A DNA stretch of 64,000 nt from Lama guanicoe (Eukaryota): contig MU054187.1 of NCBI GenBank assembly GCA_013239625.1, forward strand, positions 22,633,280 to 22,697,279, in the 5' to 3' direction. Both the position numbers and the translations under genes were made by a program. The notes beneath the pieces are model-generated. The model ran no database searches, was not told the origin of the DNA, and saw only the letters and a list, made by a program, of their open reading frames with translations. This document shows positions 1 to 12,740 of the stretch, piece after piece (position 1 is the stretch's first letter; every line of letters begins with the position of its first letter).

Positions 1-439
1 CTTTTATATTTGTAGTGTTTAATTTTAGGATTAAATTCAAGATTTTACTTTTATGCTTGTGGAAGTTAATCTCGTCTTTGCTCATTGTCTCAAATATTCA
101 GTTAATTTCCAGTCTTGTAATCTAACACGTTTTAAATGATTCCTTCTTGCTTTGTGTCACCTGCCAATTTGAAAATCACACGGTTTATATTTTCATTAAG
201 ATCTTGATGGACATTTAGAACAGGATATGTCAAGAGAAGAGTCCTGGGTATGATACTGGACCGAACTCGAGTTTCCTACGGGGGTCTTGAGTTAACCCAG
301 CATTGAGATTTGCCACCCGGCTTCTGCGTCTTCATCCTGCCCACCACGGTCTCGGTGATGTGTTTTCAAGGCAGATCATTCTGGCTGAATTACATCATGG
401 GGGATCCCATCCAGCCCCTGGCTTAAAATCCATCGATAT

Positions 440-1800
440 GCTGATATGGCCAAATTCACGGCTCCAGCTTGGACCTCTCCCCTGAACACAGATTTATTTA
501 TCGAACTGCCTACATGACATTCCATCTGAAGTCTCTCACCTCAAACTGACACATCCCCTAACAGACTCTATTTCTACCCTCATCACCCTACACTTACTCT
601 AAAATTTCCTACTTTGGAAATGGTATCTGGGTTCTTCGTGTTCCTCAGCTTAAATCCTGACTTCTTCCTAAATTCCTTTCTCCTGCTCTGTCTCACTCGC
701 CTCACACAATCACACAGCAAAAACCATGGCTCTCCCTTTGAACACATCCAATTTTCACCACTTCTTAATGCTGCTCCTACTGGTCTGGGTCTGGTCACCA
801 CCATCTCTTCTATAGATGGTTACCCCCCCCCTTTTATTGATTTGTAAATTCCTTTTTTTTTAAATTGAAGTATAGTCAGTTTACAATGTGTTAATTTCTG
901 GTGTAAAGCATAATGTTCATACATATACATACATATATTCCTTTTCATATTTTTTTCATTACAGGTGACTACAAGATATTGAATATAGTTCCCTGTGCTA
1001 TACATTATAAACTTGTTTATCTATTTTATATATAGTAGTCAGTATCTGCAAACATCGAACTCCCAATTTATCCCTTCCCACCCCATTTCCCCCTGGTCAA
1101 CATAAGTTTGTCTTCTATGTCTGTATGTCTGTCTCTGTTTTGTAAATAAGTTCATTTCTGTCTTTTGATTACCCTTTTTCGAACCTCCCTGACATCCACA
1201 CTTGCTTCCACGGTCTATTCTCCACACAGCAGGAAAAATAGTCCCTTTCAAACAGATCTCAAATAAGACACCATCTGCTCAAGACCTTCAGTGGTTCCTA
1301 CATTTCAGAACACAACCCAGAGTAACCTCCAAGTCCCTCCATCAGCTTGCCCCCGACTCACTCTCTCGTTTTTTGTTTTCCTCTGACTATGCTTGCTTTC
1401 CATCACTCTGCCTTTGCTCCAGCCACCCAGCTCAGTGCTTCATCTTGTCCACTCCTGTAATATCCTGTCTCTGCCCATCCATGCTTTCCTTCTCCAGTGT
1501 CAGCCTGGCTCACTCCCTTGCTTCCGGTAGACCTCTGTTTGAATAAATGCTCAACTGCACTTCATCAGAGATGACCTTTTATGCCCAGTGCCACCCTCAT
1601 CCTCCTTAATCTGTTTGATTTTGTTCTTAGCATTATCATATGTTATATATATATTTTTCATTCTCCTCCTCTTTTGGAATGTAAACTTCGTGTGTGTAAT
1701 TATTTGTTTTCAACTGTTGTATTCCTAGTGGCTAAAATGGTGCCTGGGACATAATAGAAACTTAATACATGTTCACTGAATGAATGAATTAAATAGATGA
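440..1800 (+). mobile_element. L2 LINE 3' fragment, interrupted by an L1 at about 846-1165
   Basis: L2-like text (ctccagcttggacctctcccctgaa...aactgcctac) and a terminal ...gtgcctgggacataatag...gaatgaatgaat tail. Boundaries approximate. Confidence 0.7.
846..1165 (-). mobile_element. L1 3' UTR fragment (artiodactyl/camelid type)
   Basis: Poly-T followed by attgaagtatagtcagtttacaatg...tagttccctgtgctata, the reverse complement of the L1 3' end seen repeatedly in this window. Confidence 0.85.
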
Positions 1801-1882
1801 ATCAGTGGATGCCACATGCAGAATGAAGTGTTAAGTGAGAATAACTTACATGTAGTACAATGGATTACAAAGAGGATAGTAA

Positions 1883-2604
1883 CGCTGTTGGTAAGAATGT
1901 AATTTGGTACAGCCATTATAGAGAACAGTATGGAGATTCCTTAAAAAAACTAAAAATGGACTTACCATATGAGCCAGCAATCCCACTCCTGGGCAAATAT
2001 CTGGGGGAAACTCTAATTTGAAAAGACACATGCACCCCAATGTTCACAGCAGCACTATTTACAATAGCCAAGACATGGAAGCAACCTAAATGTCCAGTGA
2101 CAGATGACTGGATAAAGAAGTTGTTTTATATATATATATAATGAAATATTACTCAGCCGTAAGAAAGACTGAAAGAATGCCATTTGCAACAGCAGACATG
2201 GACCTAGAGATTATCATACTAAGTGAAGTTAAGTCAGACAGAGAAAGGCAAATGTCATGTGACATCACTTGTATGTGGAATCTAAAAAGATGGCACAATT
2301 GAACTTATTTACAAAACAGAAGCACACTCACAGACATAGAAAACAAGCTTATGGTTACCAAACGGGAAAGTGAGGGGAGAGATAAGTTGAGAGTGTGGGG
2401 TTAGCAAATATAAGCTGCTATATATAAAATAGATAAATGACAAGGTCCTATGGTATAGAACAGGGAACTATATTCAATATTTTATAATAACGTATAGTGA
2501 AAAAGAATATGAAGAAGAATATACATATGTATAACTGAATCACTATGCTGTACAACAGAAACTAACATAACGTTGTAAATCAACTATACTTTAATTTAAA
2601 AAAA
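1883..2604 (+). mobile_element. 5'-truncated L1 (ORF2 end, 3' UTR, A tail)
   Basis: ORF2 C-terminal text (cagcaatcccactcctgggc, tgcaccccaatgttcacagcagcac), 3' UTR and poly-A. Imperfect TSD aggatagtaa/agggtagtaa. Confidence 0.9.
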
Positions 2605-3133
2605 GGGTAGTAAAAAACATTTAAAATGTTAAAAATTTCTTCTTTTACTTTTTTTCTTAAAAAAGGCTTCTAAATTTGAATTTGGCCATCTAAAAAAATC
2701 TAAACCCACAGCATTTGTAATAGGAGACATAATTAGGCATGATTCTCTGATTGCCAGGCCAATCCAGAGCTAATCTGGGGACTGTCTTGTCACGGGTTGC
2801 CAGGGTTGGGTCGTAAACGGGGAATGACATATGCAGTAGCAAAGACATAGAGCTGGAGAATTTAATTATATTTAAATTCATGCAAGAGGAGCCTGAGGAA
2901 CTCTTCTTTGACACCAATTAGGAGAGGAAGGCTTTTAAAGAATAAGTCATCTGCTGAAGAGAGACCCATAGTTTACTTGACTCTAATTTCTCATAAATTC
3001 TCCAGCTTATGTTAAACCATCAAGGCAAAAAAAAAACCCACAAAAAAACCCATAAATACTATATACAGCAAGAGCTTTGATGTTTACAGAGAAATTGATG
3101 TGGTGTCCTTCTATGAACTGGAAAAGCACTTGC

Positions 3134-3231
3134 CTTGAACAAGTCGACTTTGCTGATGATGCTGAAGTTCACGTCCACGGTGAGGGCTAACTGCATCGTG
3201 GTTGGCAGGGTCTCAAGGAGATCAGACTCAT
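3134..3231 (-). CDS. CNGB3: CNGB3 exon 13 (C-linker to start of CNBD), GC donor
   Basis: tttgcgaAG|ATGAGTCT...TTCAAG|GCAAGT. 98 nt, (D)[32 protein letters not shown]. Confidence 0.96.
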
Positions 3232-5074
3232 CTTCGCAAAGATAAACACGTCAATCCACAAAGCAGCATAATTAATGAAAAAAAATGCCAATGTTCAAGA
3301 AACATTTAGAAAAAGTGACAGGAGGAAAATGGCAACTTTCTTTTATAAATAAACAGCTGCATCTCAGCCTGTCTTTTCATTACTTCTATTGGACGTTCAG
3401 ACTCATCACAACAGCGCTATTACTTTCGTGAAAGAAAAGAAGAATGTTCACTATTGGTGACATAATAGTTCTAAATAATTCAGAATGTTTGTGTTTGCTG
3501 AAACTTTAGACGTAAAGTGTAGCGATGAGAGGACAAAGGCTGGCAGACAAACTGGGATGGGAAGAGGCTCCAGAACTTATCTTCTGATTCTGCAGGTCCC
3601 AGCCCTGACATGCGAGGGCTGGCAAAGCATAGCAGGTGGCTTGCAGAGCCCTGTCGCGCTCTCATTTGATCCTCATGACAGCCCTAAGGTAAGTATTCTC
3701 ATCCCTGCTTTCCAGAAAGGAAAAAGCTAAAGCAGAACTGCCTCTCAGAGAGCCTGTAAGTGACTTGCTCCTTCGTGCATGATTGGTGGGTGGCTGAGCT
3801 GGGAATGGACTCCGAAGAAGATATGTGCTAAGTGAGTCCATTCGAATGATTGCTCTTCACTGGCTCATACTCAGTGAAGTTTGTGAATACATTAAAGACT
3901 TTTTCGCACGTGTGACTTAAATGAAGGGTCTTCAGGCTGGTAAAATGTTCCATGAAAACACTGCCCATTCTTAGACTACAGTGTATACTCTGGGTTTCTG
4001 AGAGTTGATAATTTTTGATGTTTTCTTACATCCGTTTAGAAAAGAAAAAAAATATTTCTATCTTATATACTTATTTTGATTCCAATATTGATTCTAAATA
4101 TGAACATCCTTTCTATAAAAGTACAGCTCGTGGTTTCTGAGGGCTAGTTCTCGCCTACACCGAGGATGCCTTCGCGCAGAGCTGTGGATGCTCAAGAAAG
4201 AGATGCGTTCTCTGGTCATTCAGATTCAAAAAGAGGTTCTAAGCCTGTGGCTGGAGTCTTGCACGAGCGGCAGAAAGGAGAAAGACCCTACCATCAACAG
4301 CCGTGGTTCTCATCTGCTTTTCAGAACCTTTGTGATTTGGAAATTGCTTTGTAATTTGCATCCTGGAGCCAGAAGCCTGCTTGGCTTCTCAGTAGCATGA
4401 ATTCCTGTTTTTCTATGGTGAGGTGCAAACTGAAAAATGGATCTGGTTATTGTCAACTAGCGCTTTATCTTTAACTTACTTTAGATCCTTTAGTAAAAAA
4501 CATGTTTTAACTCCAGTGTTACAGGACTGACAGTAGACACCGTGGATGATTAAGGGTCTCTTGGAGGAGAGTGTGTGCCCTGCGGCAGGCTGGGAGTGGC
4601 CTGAAGGATTGCTGCGCCTTCTGAGTGCTGTGCTCTGGGAGGAGACAGATGTGCTTCTGAGTTCTATTTAGGCCATTTGCGCACTCTGTGCCCTTGGCCA
4701 ATTTCTTCAGTTAGGAGCCTCCATTTCCTTGTCTTCTGAAAGGGACTGATGACACCTAATTTTCTCAATTCTTTTTTTTTTTTTTTCGGAGGTGGGGTGG
4801 CAGTGAAGATTATATGAGGCAAATATGTGTAATATCTAGCATCTGGTAGGCACTGAATAAAATTTAGCCTTTGTTCTTCCAGGATTTACATAACAAGCAA
4901 ATTATGTCTGGATAGTCAAGAAAAAAAACCCATGGAATTAAATTAATGCATTAAAGATGATCTCCTTGTTTCCCAGTCTTTTGTTTTGATTCAGTTAGTC
5001 CTTGCTTCTGCCTTACAGGATTTTCATTATAGGACATGGTTTATGGGGATTTAGTCAGGCATTGCCAGGCTTAC

Positions 5075-5234
5075 CTAGCATTCTTTGCGAGTCCCACGTA
5101 TATTCATACCAAGTCCGGATCCGATTCTGCACAATCTTAGGGATGGAGTAAGTGTTCATGTAGGCAACGGTATGATCCATGCAGGCACGGAAGTTGTTCT
5201 GATTGGCTGTAGCTGCCCCGATGACATCTTGCAT
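5075..5234 (-). CDS. CNGB3: CNGB3 exon 12 (C-linker)
   Basis: gctctAG|ATGCAAGAT...ATGCTAG|GTAAGC. 160 nt, [53 protein letters not shown]. Confidence 0.98.
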
Positions 5235-5251
5235 CTAGAGCCACAAATATG

Positions 5252-5329
5252 AGGGGGAGGGTATAGCTCAGTGGCAGAGTGCATGCTTAGCATGAGCAAG
5301 GTCCTGGGTTCAATCCCCAGTACGTCCAT
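5252..5329 (+). mobile_element. tRNA-derived SINE (camelid Vic-1-like) with 16 bp TSD
   Basis: gggggagggtatagctcagtggcagagtgcatgcttagcatg...gtcctgggttcaatccccagtac with pol III A and B boxes. TSD tagagccacaaatatg (5236-5251) / tagaaccacaaatatg (5330-5345). Confidence 0.9.
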
Positions 5330-6782
5330 TAGAACCACAAATATGGTCACTCCACACCCGGAAGGTGAAGTGGAGTCACTACAAGCCCGGTTGAATTGAA
5401 TCCTCACGTGACACATCCCATTCTGATGCTGACCACTTGATTTTTAACACGCTGATACTGGGGCCTCATTTCAACCATTTACCTAAAATATTGGGCAAAT
5501 CAGATCCTCTTTCTGACCCAATAAGGAAAACGGAACCAGTCCTAACCCAACGTGTGACGTTTTTGTGAGGATCCAGGCACGCAACTTTCTTTGCAAACTT
5601 GAATATTACTGCAAAGACCTTAGTTGATATTTTAAAAGTGATACAGCTTGTGCTTATGCAAGAAATGTGCAAAAAGAGCTGAGCCATTACCTGGCAGAAT
5701 GGCTACTTCATTTTGGTGAGTCTCGCGTTGAAAGCATACTTCATAGATTTTGCAGTGACTGGCTCTGTAGGCTCGATTTATCGTGAAATTGCAACTTCTG
5801 TACTTCCCTTTGTGTTGTTCAGACAGATAAAATCAAATCTCATCATGCTTAAGGCACAGGATTCAGCAGAAGCAGAAATGTGCTGAAATGACCGAAGCAA
5901 CCTCTAGTGCCGTGACAATACTTAAGGAACTGTCAGGTTTTAGTTCTTGGATGTTTATAACTCAGCCATAAAAACCCACTCTAGGTTAAAAGCTGATCTT
6001 TAAGGTCTCAGCACATAAAAAGATATATAGCTCGACTCTTCCTCTCACATCGAGGGAAGCAAGTGGCTGTAAATTTGCTTTGACTGCGGGCTCATAACAG
6101 GGAGGAAAACCTGGACCTCACTTTCGCGCTCTTAAGACGTCGCTCATTCATTTCAGCAGCTGAGCCTTTTCTGCTCAGGGAAAAACGACTCATTCTTTGA
6201 GGTCTAGATTAAATGGCTCTTTGATTGTGATGCGTTCCTCAGTCTCCGTTTTTAGTTAATAAGTTCTGTTTGTCAAAAGTGTGTGCTGAGGAGTCACGCA
6301 GAGAGTCAAACTGGATATGCCTTTTTCAGTGTCCAGCTTACTCCTTGAGGGCTGGTCTGAATATTCCGCCAACCTCAGTTCCTAGCTCTCCTTTTTCTAA
6401 GCCCTTCTTGACAGATGGTGAACATCACTGAGTTACCGAGGGCCTTGAGCATTGAGATGTGAGAGGTTGGGCTGGGAGATTTAATAGAGTTTTAAATTGG
6501 GACGCAAGGACAATTAAAATCATTATTGATTGGGGTTGAGGGCAGAGAATTTGTGGTGACAGTAATCTGAGTGGTTTACGTGCCACGCTGGGTTTTGGTG
6601 GTGTGGGTGAAGAGGACGTGTGCCCCAGATGATGGGAAGGAAATGTCAGTCTCTGTGAGTTGCACGTGAGACCAGAATATTGCAGTTAAAACGCGGTGAT
6701 CACGTCCTGGGTGGAGTTCTCGGTGTGAGCAGGAACCTCATGCTCAATGTAAAGGCAGGTGTGGTGTGGTGTGGTGTATAAA

Positions 6783-6910
6783 GCAGCCCTTTCAAAGTTT
6801 TACGTGCATGTGAATCACCTGACAATCATATTAAAATGCAAATGCGAACTCAGTCGGTCTGGAGTAAGGCCTGAATTCTGAATTTCCCCGGGATGCTTCT
6901 ATTGTTAGTC
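6783..6910. mobile_element. MER5A-like hAT DNA transposon fragment
   Basis: caaagttttacgtgcatgtgaatcacctg...ttaaaatgcaaat...tcagtcggtctggagtaaggcctga resembles MER5A. Confidence 0.55.
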
Positions 6911-7419
6911 TGAGCAGAATTTAACTGGAGCTGGGCATAGTTTTTCAATTTTGTAAAAACTGCTTTGAACTAGTAAGGGCTACATGCATGTTAGATTTTA
7001 CTATTTTTATCATCCATATTATATGGCCTTATCATACCACTATCTGGATTACATGAATGAATTAGGGATGCCTCTAAATTTTTTTAAACTGGAGTTTCCT
7101 CAGCCACAAAACCGAGAAAACGTTGAAGGGGATGTGGCTACCTCACATAGATTTTTATGAGAAGTCACGAAATAATATGACTTTTGCCATTTATATTCAA
7201 ATTAATTGCATTTCTCTACAAGCCAGCTTCCTATTTTCAATCACTGTTAATGCAGTCTCCCCAGCCAGTAAGATTATGGTAATTTATACTTAGAATTTTT
7301 AACTGCTTGGTGTTCACCTTAAAGCCTAAATATTTCTCAACAGAGTTTCCTTTACAATCTCTCCACTCGATTACACTGTTCGGGCTGAAGGTACCATATC
7401 CCTGAGGATCTGCATTAAC

Positions 7420-7853
7420 TATATTTTAAAATTTTCTGTACTTTGATGCTTTGATATCTGGGCTACCCCTCCTAGAGTTGGCTAATTCTTAAAGACAGCA
7501 AACAACGCTGCTGGGAACGCTCCTTCCATGGCAACAAAGGCAATCCAGAGCCTACATCCCAACCGACAGCCTTCTTTGTATTCCAGGCTACTATCCACCT
7601 GCCCCACTCAGCCCAGGGCCAGGAACCAGGCAACTAGATCCAGCCCCCACACCTCAACGCCTGCTGAAATTATCCAAAGTATCTTGAATCCGCTTACCCT
7701 GCGTCACCAGCTCCTTCCCTGTGGAGCCCCCTAGGCAGGGTGTGACCCCTCCTGGATCTGTCTGTGTGACAAGCTACCTTTTCAATGTCAACGGGCTGCT
7801 GATCTGCTGACCTCAGCATCCCTAAATGATAATAAAACCTATATTTTAAAATA
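7420..7853 (+). mobile_element. ERV1-type solo LTR (MER34/MER39-like)
   Basis: ttgatgctttgatatctggg...gctaattctt...aataaaacctatattttaaaa, with a poly-A signal near the 3' end. Family from memory. Confidence 0.45.
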
Positions 7854-9090
7854 GTGTAATCTCTCTAATTCATAGTGCATCTTGATCAATCTTCCTGAAT
7901 CTCTTCTCTGTTCAAAATCCTCCCCTGGCCGCCTTCCCGTTGCCCTCAGGACAAAGTCTGGCATCTTTAGTTCGACATTCAGAGCCTCGTCCTTCCCTCT
8001 AGCCGGTCGGGTGTTTCCTCAAACACACGTCTTGTGCTTTTCATTGCCATCCCTCACACACTGTTCCTCACTGACTGAGCCATCTGTCTACAGCTACTGA
8101 ATCCTATCAGTTTTTTTTTAAGATGTTGCCAATACATCCCCCTCCATGAAACCTCCAGAAGCCGTCCTTTTTCTGATCTAAAACAGAGTCTTCAAACGCT
8201 CCTTTGAAACTTAGCATGGCTAGAAACCCCTTGACATTCATGGATGTAGGACTTGAGTTTTGACTATTTGTGATCACATGTTATACAGAACACTTTTCGT
8301 TGCTAAATTTGGTGAAAGCATGGGTTTGTTTTCATAACCACTGTGAGCGTAATGAGTGACAACCAATCATTTATCCAGTGGGAATAATCATTTTCTGATT
8401 TCGTCTAACTGTTTACCCAGTACACAAATCTCAACATGGCTTTTTGCTCTCAAACATATTGTATGGAAAATACCTTCCAACGAAGTATAACTTCTTAAGA
8501 TGTTATGTTGTCAAGCTTTTTATTTCTTGTGAATCCAAGAATTCACAAAGGCATTGGGCTCTGCCCCTTGCACATGCCAATTGCCTTGCAATGGAGTTAT
8601 TTCTGCATTTGTTTTACTTTCTTACTAGACTGTGACTCTTAGGAATAAGGACAAGGAGATGCCATAATAAGCATTTATGAGTCAATGATTTATTAATTAA
8701 ATTAACTTAGGTGGTATTTGGTAGCCTCTGGTTTAAATGACCTCTGAAGTTGATTTTAACCTAGGGATTTTATGACAATATTTGAAGTTTAAGTGAAAAA
8801 GAGAGCTTCTATAGGTTTTCAGGAAACTCCAAGTAAGACGTTAACTTAGAAACTTGACTTTCTCCGAGAGTCTAGCCTGATGCTCATTGTGTATGGGTCT
8901 TCTGAAAGATTTAATGGTTTAAAAATTGAAAGGCAATGTTCACCCATTCGCATCCCCCTTCAGTTCATTAAAATAGATGAAAGTTAGTTAAAAAAAAAGA
9001 TAGATTTTGATGTTTTCCTCTGTAAAATTTATAAAGACTTGTTAGCCTTTCAAAAATGACGGCGTTACACACCTAGGGATTCATGTCTCA

Positions 9091-9291
<201 letters not shown>

Positions 9292-9469
9292 CTATTCTTG
9301 GGAATACAGATCGCTACTACGTTTTAACACATTTTCTCTTAATCAAGACTGTCTTTCTGTCGGCAGCACTAGCAAATACCACGTGTGCTGATGGACGGGT
9401 CTTAATGAACATTGCGAGATGACTGAACGAACCCAAGGAAGATACTTACTAGCTGTTCTGCTTATTTCT

Positions 9470-10115
9470 CCCTGCAGCACAAGTCACCCTAAAATTCGCT
9501 GGTATCAAATAACAGCTATTTTATTAGGCTCACAATGCTGAGCTGGGTATTTGTGAAAGGCTCCCCCGAGATGGCTTATCTATGCTCCATGAAGAGCAGA
9601 GCCTCGGGTGACTTGCGTGGCTGAAGATAGCTGGGAGGGCTTGATGGAGGCCAAAGGTCCGAGGCTTTGACACTCATTGTTGACTGGGCTCCTCTGTTCT
9701 CCATGTCACGTCTGTTTGGAAAGCCCAGGGTGTCTTCTCTCACAGTCGGAGCCTGGGCTGGCATGGTGGGAACAATGGTGGGGGTTGCTAGGTATCACTC
9801 TGTTTTTTTCATTCAGCCTCTCAGGACGACTAGCTCGGGCTTCCTTCCATCACGGATGTCTTAGCGTAGGTGGCCTTCTTGCCTGGTGGCCTTCTTGCCT
9901 GGTGGCCGGTTTCCCCCAGAGTAGCCGTAGCCCAGGCAGTAGCTGTGAGGCTTCTTAAAACTCAGAAGCCCCATAACGTCCTAATATCCCGCCACATACA
10001 TTTGCCAAGCAAGTCACTAAGACCAGCCCAGGTTCAAGGGCAGAGATATCTGAATCTCTCTCTTAACAAGAGGAGCAGCAAAGCATGTGAGGCCATGTTT
10101 TAACAGCAACCACCC
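9470..10115 (-). mobile_element. MLT1-family (ERVL-MaLR) LTR
   Basis: caccctaaaatt...tattttattaggctcacaat...caagcaagtcactaagaccagcccaggttcaagggc...ggccatgttttaa, typical of antisense old MLT1. Confidence 0.65.
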
Positions 10116-12229
10116 CAGTGATGCATGAGGGACATCACAGAGATCAAGGGTATTTATGGAGGTGGGAGAACACTTTACAGTTTAGAAACAGTTTTTTTTT
10201 TCCTGATAAAAAATACCGCAGGTAGCTCTAACACCTCCTCTCTCTTTTCTGCCCATATCTTATAATATTGAATACACAAACCACAGCAGAGACCGAGGAG
10301 AACTGAGTTCCTTAAAAGGAAAAGTCCTCTTGGCTGTAATACATAATTTACTTAGAACTTTAGTCTTCAAGAAAACCAAGTATGTACAGAAATATATTTG
10401 ATAAAGATTCTGTACTTAACTCGAGCAATTGCAAATGGAGAGACAGATCATTACAGGCCAGATAGGAAGGAACTCAGGAGCCAAGGCAACAAAGAAGAGT
10501 ATGATAAAGACGAGGGCTGGACGTGTAAGACTGACTTAGCTACGTTTAGTTAAGGGTTCCATGGAGTCTAGAGTGAGGTGGGGATAGAAGTTAGTCATAC
10601 AGTCGCATTGTGTATACACGTATGTTTATGTAGTCATTTTTGGGCACAATTAGGTGTACTATTTGGTGTGTTCCACACAGCTCTGATAACATGGCCAAGA
10701 TCGGGCGTTTCCGCTAAACCCTTAAAGACAAAGATCCTGTGAGTAGAGAACATCTCCAGACGTGGTTACAGACAGGCGTTTACATTTAGCGGACGCCAGC
10801 TGGACTCAGAAAAGCAGCACGTTTTGCGGAATCCGGCCCCGGTCAGGCTTTTGTTTCTGCCTGAGTGCGCCACATGCACGTTTGCCCTTAGCGTAACTGC
10901 GTGTTCGTCTCGGAACAAGGGCGGTCTTTTGCTTGTGAAAACTGATTCCAGTTGTCAGATCTTCAAATAGTAAGAAGCTGAGGTTTACAGAGAAAGACTC
11001 AAACTTCAGTTAGAGTCAATATTCAAATGGAAACAAATCTTGAAAGAAATCACTCGTTTTGAAATTCAATACCTTTTGAAGTGAGTGAGTTTTGTTTGTT
11101 TTACCTGGTGGAGGATGTAGGAGCAGAAAGGTAATTAAAAAAAAAAGAAAGATAATTAAGTCTTTGGCAGGGTTTGAAACCACTGTGCCAAGAGAATAAA
11201 AATATTTCTACTCTGTGATTTTTTTCTAGCAGGCTTCCTTGGACTTAGAAACATTAGAGTAAACTTGATGTCAAAGAGAACCACCTTGAAGAAGTACGGA
11301 ATTCATTTCATGGATTGCACTTTCAACTTTTCAATTCCAATTTATAATTTCTTGTTACCTGATTTAGTTTGAGCACGGGTCCTGGACCTGTGAGTCTTTT
11401 GGAATTAAGGAAATTTATTGACCCCAATATCATCCAAGAGTGGGACAGGGACCAGATTCTCAATCAGTGTGGCCAGTTCCAGTGTGAATGCTGGGATTAA
11501 TGTTCCTTGCAGAGTCACTCTAGTGTTAACGGGAACAAGCGTACGAATTACTTTCTCTCATTTTCTTATTTAAGGGTGTTAAAAAAATAACACTTAAATG
11601 TAAAACGTAGGCATTGATTTTCCAGATCTGAAGGGTTAGCCTTGAGCTAGTTTTCCACCCTGATGCTTTGAGGTTTATTTTGGGCATCTTTTCTCAGTCA
11701 TGTCTTACACCCGGACGTGCACAACCAAAGGTAAGATTTGTAATTTAATTAGATGGCATCTTATTGATTTTCTAGGATTAGCTTAATTAGCCAGGTGTGT
11801 CCACCTCTAATATTTACACCCCAGGCAAACAGATCTTTTCAAGGAGATTCTATCTGGCTGATTTAATACATGAGCTATCTAACAGGCTGCATATATACAG
11901 CCCCAAGTTAAAGCATTAGGGCAGAATTTGACATATTAAACCATAAAAAAAAATTAGCATGAAGACAGGAATTCTTCCTTTGCGAAACAAACAAGACATG
12001 AGAGTTTCTCCCCAACATTCTGTTCTGAAATATTTCAAACAAACAGAAAAAAGGGAAGAACTGCACAGTGAATGCCCATAAATCCATGACCTAGATTCTG
12101 TTTACAAACATTTCACTTTACCTGCTCTGTCACATATCCCTACACTTTTTCATACAACAACCCATCTTATTTCTTGGATGCATTTCAAAGTCCTTTGCAG
12201 ACAGGAAGACACTTTTTTTTTTCTACCTG

Positions 12230-12715
12230 AGATGAGTTTTGCCTGCTTTAGAATTTTCCATAAATTCCACAGTACCTACACGTTTGTGGAGGATGATTTT
12301 CACTCACAGCACGGTTGTTGAGATTTAGTCCCGTTGTTGTGTGTGTTGGAAATTTACTCCACTTTATTGCTGAGCAGTATCCAGTGTATGAATGGAGCAC
12401 AGCACATTTACCCATTCTCCGGTGCACGAATGCCTCGGCTGTCTCAAGTTTTTGTTTCTTATGAATAGACATTCTATCAAAACACTTACAGAAGTTTTTA
12501 AGACATATATTCTCATTTCTCTTGGGTAAGTATTTAGGCTTGGAATTTTTGTTTTCAAGGTAGGTGTTATGTTTAGTTGTAAAAAAAAAACTGTCAGATT
12601 TTACCCCTCCAATAATGTATGAGAATTCCAGTTGCTTCTTACCCCAAGATTTGTTGTTATCAATGTTTTTAATTTTCACTATCATGGTGGATGTGTAGTG
12701 GGACATGGAACTTTT
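12230..12715 (-). mobile_element. Old L1M fragment
   Basis: Degenerate ORF2 C-terminus and 3' UTR (tttattgctgagcagtatccagtgtatgaat, catttctcttgggtaagtatttagg). Confidence 0.65.
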
Positions 12716-12740
12716 AAAAGTCCCCAACTCAATACTTTTT

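Noticed and set aside
1..3133. Searched for CNGB3 exon 14 (GCDTQMIYDMLLRL...)
   Set aside because: No matching sequence seen. It presumably lies beyond the window start.
5252..5329. tRNA-like sequence as a real tRNA gene
   Set aside because: It has a TSD, several diverged copies in this window and no clean acceptor stem, so it is a SINE.
9869..9907. 16 bp tandem repeat ggtggccttcttgcct x2.4
   Set aside because: Local slippage duplication inside an old MLT1 LTR, with no evidence of function.
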